From IMG/VR virus record IMGVR_UViG_3300037852_000186, positions 35,975 to 99,974 of that record: DNA of 64,000 bases; one strand, written 5' to 3'. A model generated the notes under the pieces. It made no database searches, had not been told where the DNA came from, and worked only from the letters and a program-made list of their open reading frames with translations. Source of the DNA: a virus. Position numbers and translations under genes: made by a program. Positions 37,562 to 46,319 of the stretch are shown in pieces; the first letter of the stretch is position 1; each line of letters begins with the position of its first letter.

Positions 37562-38206
37562 CTACTTAACCTCCTCGCACTTCTCCAACTCGAATGCCGC
37601 AATCGACAAGTCAAATTTGCCCGTCGCCTTCACCAGCCGCAGCATCTCCTGCGCGATTTCCCTGATTTCCTTTTGCGCGTCGGGGCTGTTGCGGAGGCGC
37701 TGAAAGTGAACGAAGCTACCGAAATTAAACATCACGTCACTTGAGAGTTGATGCCCATAGGGAAGCACGAAGCGGGCGGACTCCTTGGCACGCTTGCGGC
37801 CTAGCTTCGGTGTCAGCTCCTCCACGAATTGATGATACAGCCTAGCAACGTAGTCGTAATGAAGTTCCGCAGCTAGGCGATGACCTTCCGGCCAGTCATC
37901 GGGGACGTAGAATCTATCCTCCTTGAACTCTTTGTACCTGGCACTCTCTGCGTTGAGACTCACGCCAACCCTATGTTTTAGTAAGTGAATATGGGTAGCA
38001 AGGTCGGTGGTGAGCTGAAAATGGATGGCACTCTTCTCGAACGGCGTCGCATGGGGCATAGTGTGGCCGCTGGCGAGGTCTTTAAGAAACTGTGGCATCC
38101 GCGCACGTCGCTCGGGCGTTATCTCCCTCTTGGTGCTCTGCCAGGCCGAGAGTGCGTGCGTGTCGTCCCCGCCGTAGTAGCCCAACAATTCGACGGTGTT
38201 AGACAT
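37562..38206 (-). CDS. thyX: FAD-dependent thymidylate synthase
   Basis: H-x-TPFE, KHRVGVSLNAESARY (RHR-x7-S-x-R-like motif), ESARFVLP, LRNSPDAQKEIR. Confidence 0.93.
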   Translation of the reverse strand: MSNTVELLGYYGGDDTHALSAWQSTKREITPERRARMPQFLKDLASGHTMPHATPFEKSAIHFQLTTDLATHIHLLKHRVGVSLNAESARYKEFKEDRFYVPDDWPEGHRLAAELHYDYVARLYHQFVEELTPKLGRKRAKESARFVLPYGHQLSSDVMFNFGSFVHFQRLRNSPDAQKEIREIAQEMLRLVKATGKFDLSIAAFELEKCEEVK

Positions 38207-38524
38207 TAGCTTACTCCATAAAAAGTCCACTGTTCGCCGCCATTCCACAAACCTTCATCAAAAGTTCTAAGTCAAACGTGCCCCATCGTTTGAAAGCATT
38301 CACCCGCGCTTGCTCCCGCATTTCGACCGACATTGGATGCTTGCCTTTGCCGCGATGTGGTAATGCGGGCACCCGCTCGCGCCGTCTCTTGCGCCACTTT
38401 TGGCTGGCACGCCGCCGCTGTTCCATGATGCGCGGGGAGTGAATGTAACAATACTGTCCGCAGTAGAAAGAATCCTTGCGTTTAGCCACAAACAGAACGT
38501 CGCATCCTTTGCAATGTCGTTTCA

Positions 38525-38911
38525 TCACACTAGATCCATCCGTCTATCGAGTTGAATATGCCGCCCCTCTCGTATCGCGCGCATCACCCCCGACCGCAGA
38601 GCATCTGGGTCGAGTTCGAGCTGATGACATGACCAAACAAAAGAGCGGAAGCTATCGCTCGTATCGGCTATCCACTCGCGCGCTTCTTGACGCACTTCAT
38701 CCAGCCTCGCGTATACGTGCGATTTGGATCGCGTGTTTTTCGTCGCCCAGTCCACGGCGTCCTTGACCGCCTCCAGCCAAAGCCGCTGCTCGCCGGATAG
38801 ATGGTGCGATTGATTAAAGTAAGCGAATTGCCCCGGCTCCATGCCGTCGATGCGGAGGTCGGACCATTCGGTGATTGCGGGTTCTTGGTTCATCGGATCA
38901 CTTCCTTGCAT
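38525..38911 (-). CDS. conserved phage hypothetical protein
   Basis: RLWLEAV-x-DA...EAREWI...SF-x-W-x-C-x-x-L-x-LDP. Confidence 0.6.
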   Translation of the reverse strand: MQGSDPMNQEPAITEWSDLRIDGMEPGQFAYFNQSHHLSGEQRLWLEAVKDAVDWATKNTRSKSHVYARLDEVRQEAREWIADTSDSFRSFVWSCHQLELDPDALRSGVMRAIREGRHIQLDRRMDLV

Positions 38912-39614
38912 CGTTCAGCGAGTATGTTGCGCTCGGCTCGTAGCCAGTACTCCCAGCGGGAACCGACGAAGCCGCCGAGCGCTGCGGTGTCGTAGCAGAA
39001 TTCCCACAAACAAAGATAATAGAAGCGTCGGGATATCATCGCTCCCACCGTGCAACCATTTGTCGAATATTAATAATACCGAGTGTCACGGAAAAAAGAT
39101 TGATTCCAACAAATGCGCCGCTTAGTACGCGGCTACCCAGCAAATAGATTCCACAATCAGCAGCAACGACGTAAGCCGTACCAACTGCCGTAGCAGCGAC
39201 AAGACAGAAGAGACTAATAGTAATTATCTTGGAATTGCTCATCGATCCGTCCTTGTACACTCGCTGCACAGCGGTTTCATACCAGCGAGGCAGTCTTTGA
39301 CTTCTTGATAGCTGGCATGCTGGTGAACCGCCAGGACGCTTGCGCACGACTGGCACACATGGATGGTGCGAGTTATGTCGATAGGCTCCATCGTTCTCTC
39401 TGCTACGTTTCGCCAAGTAACTTCGTTGCTCATCAGATTAACCGATACGACAATCCGCGCGTTTCCAAGTAGTCGCAGAGGTCATCAACCGTTTCTTCAT
39501 CGTCCACTGTGACGTTATAGATATGCGCGTCCAAGCGCTCCACCACAGCCCTCATTTCCTTGAAGGCAATAAGATCGTCATGGCTAGGATCGATCACTTC
39601 ATAGGTTGATGTAT

Positions 39615-39809
39615 TCATTGCGATCCCTTCCCTCGTTCCTGTTCCAGCCGCCAATGGTCGATGCTCTCTTTGCTGAACCTGTAATCTCTGCCGGCGCGAA
39701 AGAAAGGGATTTTCTTGGCCTTAACCAAGCGATACACCGTGCTCTCATGAATCCGCAGATACTCGGCCAACTCAGCAACCTTGAGCATGGTTGGGATTTG
39801 TGCGTCCAT
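39615..39809 (-). CDS. excisionase-like HTH_17 protein
   Basis: MLKVAELAEYLRIHESTVYRLVKAKKIPFFRAGRDYRF. Confidence 0.88.
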   Translation of the reverse strand: MDAQIPTMLKVAELAEYLRIHESTVYRLVKAKKIPFFRAGRDYRFSKESIDHWRLEQERGKGSQ

Positions 39810-40431
39810 CGCTACAGCTCCACTTTCACCCGCACGTTGCCGTTAGCCTTCGTCTTCACTTCTCGCACAACAGTGCCCGCATCCACATCCTCAGAAAATC
39901 TACCGACCAGAATGCCATTTCTCGTGTAGGGCTGAATGGGATACTCGTGGCACCCAACACGGAAACACCACTCACCCTGAAAACGATTGATCGTAACCTC
40001 TGGCGTCGGTTCTTTGTTTGCCATGTTGTTCCTTGGGCAAAGCGGGCGTTCCCAGCGCCCGCATCCCGGTTGTGGAGTTCAGAGATCGTTAGGAATATCG
40101 TTCTCCCTCGGCGTCAACACGCCAACCTTGTAGGCTGTTTCGACCGTGCTCAATACCACACCCGCCGTGTCTCTCAGCAACCGCAACTGCCCGATAGCCG
40201 ATGAGCGCCAGTGTTTATCGACTTCGCTCGCTGCGTTGAAATCCGTAGGTCGCATCTCCTCTGCCGCTTCCATATAGATCCGCGTCTCTAACTCACGATA
40301 CGCAGCTTCCAGCCATTCACGTAACTCAACCAACTTGTCGCTCACTTCTTGTGGTGTCATTGTTCTCCTTACCCTGTCAGCCATCTGCGCACCCGGCCAT
40401 CGGGCAACCGGAGTGAGTGAAATAAAAAGGG

Positions 40432-40962
40432 CTAATCATTTGGAAAATTCAGGTACGCGAACACCCCAAATAGCTTTTTAGCCTCCTTATCGTAGATTCT
40501 CGCAACCTCTTCCGCTGTTGCACCCGAACCCAAGAATCTCTGTTCACCCCCTATTTTGATGTGAGCGAAGTAAGGTTTTGCACTGTTACCCCTGGGCCTA
40601 TACTGCACGCCCTTATAACCAGAATTGTTCCTTCGATGGCTATTTGCTTGATTCTGGGCGTTAGTGCAAGGACGCAGATTAGATCGACGATTATTAAGAC
40701 GGTTGGTATCTCGATGGTCGGCCTGTTGATGACTATCCGTTAGACCGAGAATCTGTCTATGCATCATTATCGTCCGACGTTCACATATTCCAATCGTTTC
40801 GGTTCTAAGCGCATATCCGCGCCACTCCCGCCATTTCCATTGCGCAAGCCACGTTGCGTCACCAGCATCGACAATTGCATGGAAACCTCTCGTTAATGGA
40901 AGCAACCTGCTGTCGGAGTCTGGTCCATCTAGAACCAACGAGACTTGTCTTTTTTGAGCCAT
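40432..40962 (-). CDS. HNH-AP2 homing endonuclease
   Basis: LPLTRG...MHRQILG...DHRDTNRLNNRRSNLR...SGYKGV...AP2-like C-terminus. Confidence 0.92.
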   Translation of the reverse strand: MAQKRQVSLVLDGPDSDSRLLPLTRGFHAIVDAGDATWLAQWKWREWRGYALRTETIGICERRTIMMHRQILGLTDSHQQADHRDTNRLNNRRSNLRPCTNAQNQANSHRRNNSGYKGVQYRPRGNSAKPYFAHIKIGGEQRFLGSGATAEEVARIYDKEAKKLFGVFAYLNFPND

Positions 40963-42048
40963 CCAAAAACTCCGCTAATGAAATAAGGGCAGCCTAGCCT
41001 GTTCGCGCGTTGAAGTAATCTTTTTGTTTCGTAAGACTTCAACGATCCGCCACTCAAGCCCGCAGAGAGTTCGCCAAGGTCACATGCGCAGACTGCGGTT
41101 GTCGCTGCCCCTTCCATAATCAAGCCCAAGTTAACGTTCTGCCTGATTTCCATTCCGCATAGCGAATAGCGTGATACAGTTCCATTGCCCAACGAAGAGA
41201 CTCGTCATCTCTGCGCGTCGGCGATAACAGCATGCGGTCCATTGCTGCGAAGAAGATATCCATGCGCTTCGCCTCCATTTATGCAGGCTCGATATCTGAC
41301 GAGTTGCAAGCCGAACAGACGGGCAACAGCCTAGACGTGGACCAACGGCGCCCGCACTCCATACAGACTACGCGGATGCGGACGGCCTTCTCTTTTGCTG
41401 GCTTAGGATTACAATACACACACTGCACAATTCGCGAAGGGTCGTATTGGCAAGGCTTGTGGATGTTCGCTGCGTTGATGCGCCGCTCGGCTGCTCGTTT
41501 CAATTCGGTGGTTGTCATGTTCTTTTGATCTCATTTAATACTGCGACATTGACTTGCTGTTGGCGACTCCAAGCTTCCTTTTCTGGCATGCCAGCTTTAA
41601 GGTCCACGCGATATTGCTTGCGCGCCGCTATCACGCGAGGGTCACGATGAAAACGCTGGTTTGTTGTCTGTGTTGCCTTCGCTGCGTTGCAGGTCCCCCG
41701 TGGATGTCCGACGATAATCGTGCAGCCGGGCGTGTTGTTCCATTGGCACTTCGTGGACTCTTTGGCCGCTACCATTATCGCTGCATCCCCAGGCCGGTAT
41801 GCTGATTGCTGTCTCATCGTCTTCATAATTACAATCTAATCGCTTTGTACGTGCATGTCAAGTACGTACATAAAATTATTTTCCGTGACCTTGTTTTTTT
41901 CGTTTGCGCGCCGTACATCATTTGCGGTAGTAGCTGCACGGGACTCCGCGACTATGACGATACCCGCAGGTAGAACATACGGGATGGACTACGCGCTTGT
42001 TTCCGTGTTGCACATGCAATGTGTTTGCCTTGCGTGGTTTCTTATCGT

Positions 42049-42189
42049 TCACGATTTCCGCCTCTTTCGTTTGCGCGCCAATGCGAGCATGGCTCCCACC
42101 CGCCGCCGATCTTCAGCGGTCGCTTTGTCCCAGCGCTTGCGAACCATAGCTTGCGCGGTTTTATCCTTTCCTTTGGTGTCTTTTGGCAT
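42049..42189 (-). CDS. 46-aa basic microprotein, putative autoregulator
   Basis: translated by hand: MPKDTKGKDKTAQAMVRKRWDKATAEDRRRVGAMLALARKRKRRKS; promoter TTGACC-17-TAATAT ends 6 nt before the ATG. Confidence 0.6.
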   Translation of the reverse strand: MPKDTKGKDKTAQAMVRKRWDKATAEDRRRVGAMLALARKRKRRKS

Positions 42190-42220
42190 GTGCGTATATT
42201 ATTTGTACGTGCATTCGCGG

Positions 42221-42559
42221 TCAAGCAACCTTCCACACGAACACCCTCAATCCTTTGCTGCGAGCGATATCAATCATCGTATCGGGGCTCTGCCCGTCCC
42301 ACAGCGCGATAAGAGCGTCGGCTTGCTCGGCCATCTGCACGTTGCGAATGTAGCCCGCGCGGCGGCCGAAGCGTTTCCTGTCAGCGGGAATTACGTCGAG
42401 CGGCAGAGCGTGTCTCGAAGCGTACTTCTCGCCGAGACGACCTGCCCCTCGTGCGCCGTCGCTGACAATCGCAGTCACCGTCCAAGGCGCAGCCTGAAGT
42501 GCATCCAGGAGCACGTCGGACGAAATGATGGACAGCGAGCCTGCGATGATAGTTTTCAT
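42221..42559 (-). CDS. SLOG/YspA (DUF2493-like) protein
   Basis: MKTIIAGS...IVSDGARGA...A...PAD...GRRAGYIRNVQMAEQADALIALWDGQS. Confidence 0.85.
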   Translation of the reverse strand: MKTIIAGSLSIISSDVLLDALQAAPWTVTAIVSDGARGAGRLGEKYASRHALPLDVIPADRKRFGRRAGYIRNVQMAEQADALIALWDGQSPDTMIDIARSKGLRVFVWKVA

Positions 42560-43388
42560 ATTTCCTCGCGACCACTCTCTTGAGTCGAGCGTTCTTGCTC
42601 CGCCGCTTCCCGATAGCAGACCAGCCCACAGAATCGCCGCTTGCCAGCAACGGGTACGCGCACGACCAGGCAGGCGGCATCTTGGCACTGGTCGCAAAGA
42701 TTAAAAAAGTCTCGCATAGTTCTCCAATAATTTCACCGCCCTCTCATCCTCTGCTCTCACCACAGCCCTCGCCAATTCCTGGCTGACGGGATTGCCCGCT
42801 TCCTCTAAGATCTGCAGGAGGTCGCACGCAACCAAGTGCTTGCAGATTTGCGGGTAGGGAAACTTTATGGTGCGCTTAATGAGAGCGATTAGGACTTCGG
42901 CCTTGATGTCGTTCATGGTTCCCTCGTGACAACGGAACGATTCTGCTTGCTGGATTGCCTTTAACAAACATCCCCTTGTCCTGCCCTCACAAGATCGGGC
43001 AGCGGCAAGAGTTTCCTCGTCAGGCGCGCTCCGTGGTTTCACTTCGCAACCGTGTCCAGACTTCTTAGGCTGGCGCGGTTGTCTGATATCTGCGGCGCCG
43101 TACATTACTTAATTTTTGATGAGTTCGTCGTTGTGGTTGTCCAGCCAGTCCTCAATCGAGCACTGGATTTCGCTGGCAAGCTCGTCGCGTAATCGTTTAT
43201 AGCCAGCAACAGAATGTGGAATTAGCTGGAAGTCCCCCAAAAAATGATCGGCGAGTTCTTCGCATTTGTCGTCCCAAGTCTTACGCATCTTTGTCCTCTG
43301 ACTTGTGAGGTTTCTCCGTTCCGAGAGCTACCGCGCCACGTGTCCGCGATCTGCTCATGATTTCCTCTTTCGTTTGCCCGCCGCCGCG

Positions 43389-43547
43389 TTACTTCGTGGT
43401 GTCTTTCTTCTTCGTTCGTTTCCGTGGAGTATTCCAATACGGCGAATGGCAACGAGCACAGACCTTTGGTTCTATGTCTGGCTTGCGCGACACCCACTCT
43501 TTACCGCACCGTTCGCATTTCCAGCCCCACACTTTCACCTTGCCCAT
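43389..43547 (-). CDS. 52-aa zinc-ribbon putative regulator
   Basis: translated by hand: ...CERCGKEWVSR...PKVCARCHSPYWNTPR; promoter TTGACA-17-CATACT just upstream. Confidence 0.7.
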   Translation of the reverse strand: MGKVKVWGWKCERCGKEWVSRKPDIEPKVCARCHSPYWNTPRKRTKKKDTTK

Positions 43548-43640
43548 GCTCGAAGTATGGCATCACAATGATTCGATGTCAAGTACTTGAAATATATTAT
43601 TTCACTTGACATACTTCTAGTCCGTTGCTATATTATAACC

Positions 43641-43838
43641 ATGAGCAAGAACGAAAACGCGAAGCTGAATCGGCCAGAGTGGGCGCAAGCAATCAACCAA
43701 GGGCGCGTCGTGTACTTTGGCGCTAGGGCTGCCAGCGCAGCTACGTACCGTCGTTATCGCACTCCAGAAGATGCAGAGAGTGAGGTTGCGCGGTGGCGGG
43801 CGGACGGCTTCGAAGCGAAGATCGCGGAGGTTAAGTAG
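43641..43838 (+). CDS. hypothetical protein
   Basis: promoter TTGACA(43606)-17-TATATT(43629) ends 6 nt before the ATG. Confidence 0.6.
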   Translation: MSKNENAKLNRPEWAQAINQGRVVYFGARAASAATYRRYRTPEDAESEVARWRADGFEAKIAEVK

Positions 43839-44482
43839 ATGGAGATAACAGATCACGACCAAGGAATGCTCACAATTCTCAAGGAGGAGTATCCGAACTG
43901 CGGGATCATTTACATCATCGTAGACCCGAAGGCGGGCGCTAACGCGGTCTGGTCGGGGGAGTTGCCCCCGTTGGGGGTCGGCGGCACTGCGGATTCGCGC
44001 ATAGAATAGCGATGGCCACTGTCCTAATTTCAAGGGAGCGGTGTCCTAATTCGGACAATACCATCCGGAGTCGAAGGCTTGACAAAGCTCGACGGCGCGG
44101 TAAACTAAATCCTCGAAGGCTTCGGCCTAATCGCGCTCTAATTCCCATTGAGCAAACCGCCTGGCGTATGCGACACGCTGGGCGGTTTAGTGTCGGGCTA
44201 TTCAACGCTGTTAATGTATAGGACGAGGACGATCATCTTCGCCAGTCAGCGAAATTGATCTTGACGAGCTGTGATCGGCATAGAAAGACCATATCTATTT
44301 CTCAAAGCTACACGACCAGCACAACCCCGCCTTTCCTCCCTGGTACTCGGAAACTATCTCGCCTTTTGTGTTGCGCTGGCTGACGACGATCTGCCGACTG
44401 CAGCGCGGGCACAGCACGATAAGCACGGGCGACGGCGTAAGTGCGAACGGCTTACTCGGTTCGCCGAATAGTGGCATCTGTT

Positions 44483-44821
44483 TCACAGTAATCTCGCCTG
44501 TCCAGACTTTCGCTCTCGTGTTAGCCGAGCGTTTGCGGCGTGAAATGCAGCGTCAAGCCGCAAATGACATTGCTGGCACAATGCCAGTAAGTTGTCGTCA
44601 GTATTGCGCGTGGTGTCATTATCTAAATGCGCGCAAGTTAGAACCACCCGCCCGCGAAACGTGATCGCGTCGCGCCCGTTGCGCTCTTCGCATCGCCCGC
44701 CGTGGTCCGTACCACAAACATTGACGCCAGGGCACTCGCAGCGCCCCTTGGCGCGTTCAAAACGGATTCTGCGGCTGATGTCTGGCCAGTCGGCTGGATA
44801 GCGTTCACGGTGCATTGGCAT
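44483..44821 (-). CDS. HNH-like protein
   Basis: YPADW...RCEC...VVLTCAHLD...NLLALCQQCHL. Confidence 0.8.
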   Translation of the reverse strand: MPMHRERYPADWPDISRRIRFERAKGRCECPGVNVCGTDHGGRCEERNGRDAITFRGRVVLTCAHLDNDTTRNTDDNLLALCQQCHLRLDAAFHAANARLTRERKSGQARLL

Positions 44822-45207
44822 TGTCAGTTCCCCGGCTGCCCCAGCGCCCACAGCAGACAAACCAAGTGCGCCCGATGCTCCGGGATGCCCTCGCACAGCG
44901 CGCCCGCCGCCGCTACAGCCTCTGGCGTTGATGCGCGCACACTGAAGTTTCCCGCGAACGCTGTGAGCACACAGCCGTGGTTATAGATGCCGTCCAAGCT
45001 GAAGTAGGCGCCAGCCGCGATGAGACGCGAGAAAATGTCGCCGGCGTGGCCGAGGGTTTGGCACTCGGGGATTTGAGGTAGCAATTAGGACTCCTTTAGC
45101 ATTTCGCGATTAAGATGCAGATCGCGGTGAACGCGATTATGAGAATCACGCTGAATAAGCCAAAGTCATTGAGCGCGCGGCGTATGTCGCGGCCAGTGAG
45201 TCTGTCG

Positions 45208-45471
45208 TTAGGGTTCGTCGTTTTCATAGGTTAGTCCGTCAACGACTGGCGCCTTGTGTTGGCCGATTCTTGTGTGAACCTCCAGCCAGCCGTTCAGAGT
45301 TATGATCAACAGGTTGCGCGCCTGGTTTATCGTTGCTCCAGTCGCCCAGAGCCCCTCGAAGCCAGGAATGTGGGCAAACCACATGCCGCTTTCCGTCTGC
45401 TCGAATTCCGCTTTTGCTAGCGCCGCACGCATGTAGTTCGCTCGTGAGTCAATGGACTTCTTCTTCGCCAT
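45208..45471 (-). CDS. HicB-like antitoxin-fold protein
   Basis: GMWFAHIPGFEGLWATGATINQAR...L. Confidence 0.8.
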   Translation of the reverse strand: MAKKKSIDSRANYMRAALAKAEFEQTESGMWFAHIPGFEGLWATGATINQARNLLIITLNGWLEVHTRIGQHKAPVVDGLTYENDEP

Positions 45472-45631
45472 GTTCTCTCATGTCCGCGATAACCCGCTTG
45501 GCAAGCGCCTTGACGCTGCGGATCGCCGTCTCGCGGTCGGGGCCGTAGACCATCACGCCAGGGAGGTTGACGACTTCGGCGATCCAGCGGCCGTCGGCTT
45601 CTAGGTCGGTTTCAATGCGTAGGGTTTTCAT
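45449..45631 (-). CDS. HicB-like antitoxin-fold protein
   Basis: EADGRWIAEVVNLPGVMVYGPDRETAI. Confidence 0.85.
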   Translation of the reverse strand: MKTLRIETDLEADGRWIAEVVNLPGVMVYGPDRETAIRSVKALAKRVIADMREHGEEEVH

Positions 45632-45664
45632 GATCGCGCCCTTCTTGGCGCGCCGCAAGGCGGC

Positions 45665-46319
45665 TGAAACCTTTGTAACTTCTGAAACATTTTCTAATTC
45701 AGTTCTAAGAATAAAAAGTTAGGCGGTGAGGTTGGGAGGTTTCAGAGGTTGCAGGGGTTTCATACGTTTGCGGTTTGACCGCAGTCGTAACACCACGTGA
45801 ATCCGTTGACGGGCCCGCCGCGCCGTTTGTGCTTGCAGCCGTCGGCTTCGGTGTTTTTCATTTCAGGTATTATTGTATTGAGGGCGGCAATAGCGATTTT
45901 GTCTCGTGCGTCCAGCACGGTAGCCCGCAGCTCGTACAACTTACGCACGTATTCTTGTTCACTCATAATTACATTTTTAATGTCACCAAAAAACGTCAAT
46001 GCCTTTTGGTTTACCGCGATCGAAGGTATCTATAGAGATGCTTAATTCCGTAGATACTTCTGGCTCAATTACTTCTTCTGCTCCGTTCCAATTCTGTTCA
46101 TTCATATCTAATCCTCAATATTGTCAGCGGCTTGTACACATAATCATCGTACAGTCACTTTTGAGTTGCTGAAACCTCCAGAACCTTTGAAACCTTCTAC
46201 TCCAACACTCAACTTTCATTTCTTCTAGACTAAATAGAAAATGTTTCATTTGTTTCAGAGGTTTCACGCTTGCAGCGTGTCCAGACAAAGACTGCAACCT
46301 ATGCAACCTTTTGCACCCT
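45665..46319. repeat. iteron-like 8-mer arrays (TG(A/C)AACCT), putative replication origin
   Basis: 9-bp-period triplets at 45665/74/83, 46170/79/88 and 46293/302/312; inverted triplets at 45737/46/55 and 46241/50/59; AT-rich spacers. Confidence 0.65.

Noticed and set aside
41855-42583. Long plus-strand ORF (242 aa) and similar shadow ORFs such as 57254..57925 and 24678..25292
   Set aside because: They lie antisense to well-supported genes and show no recognisable motifs, unlike the intein-nested ORF.
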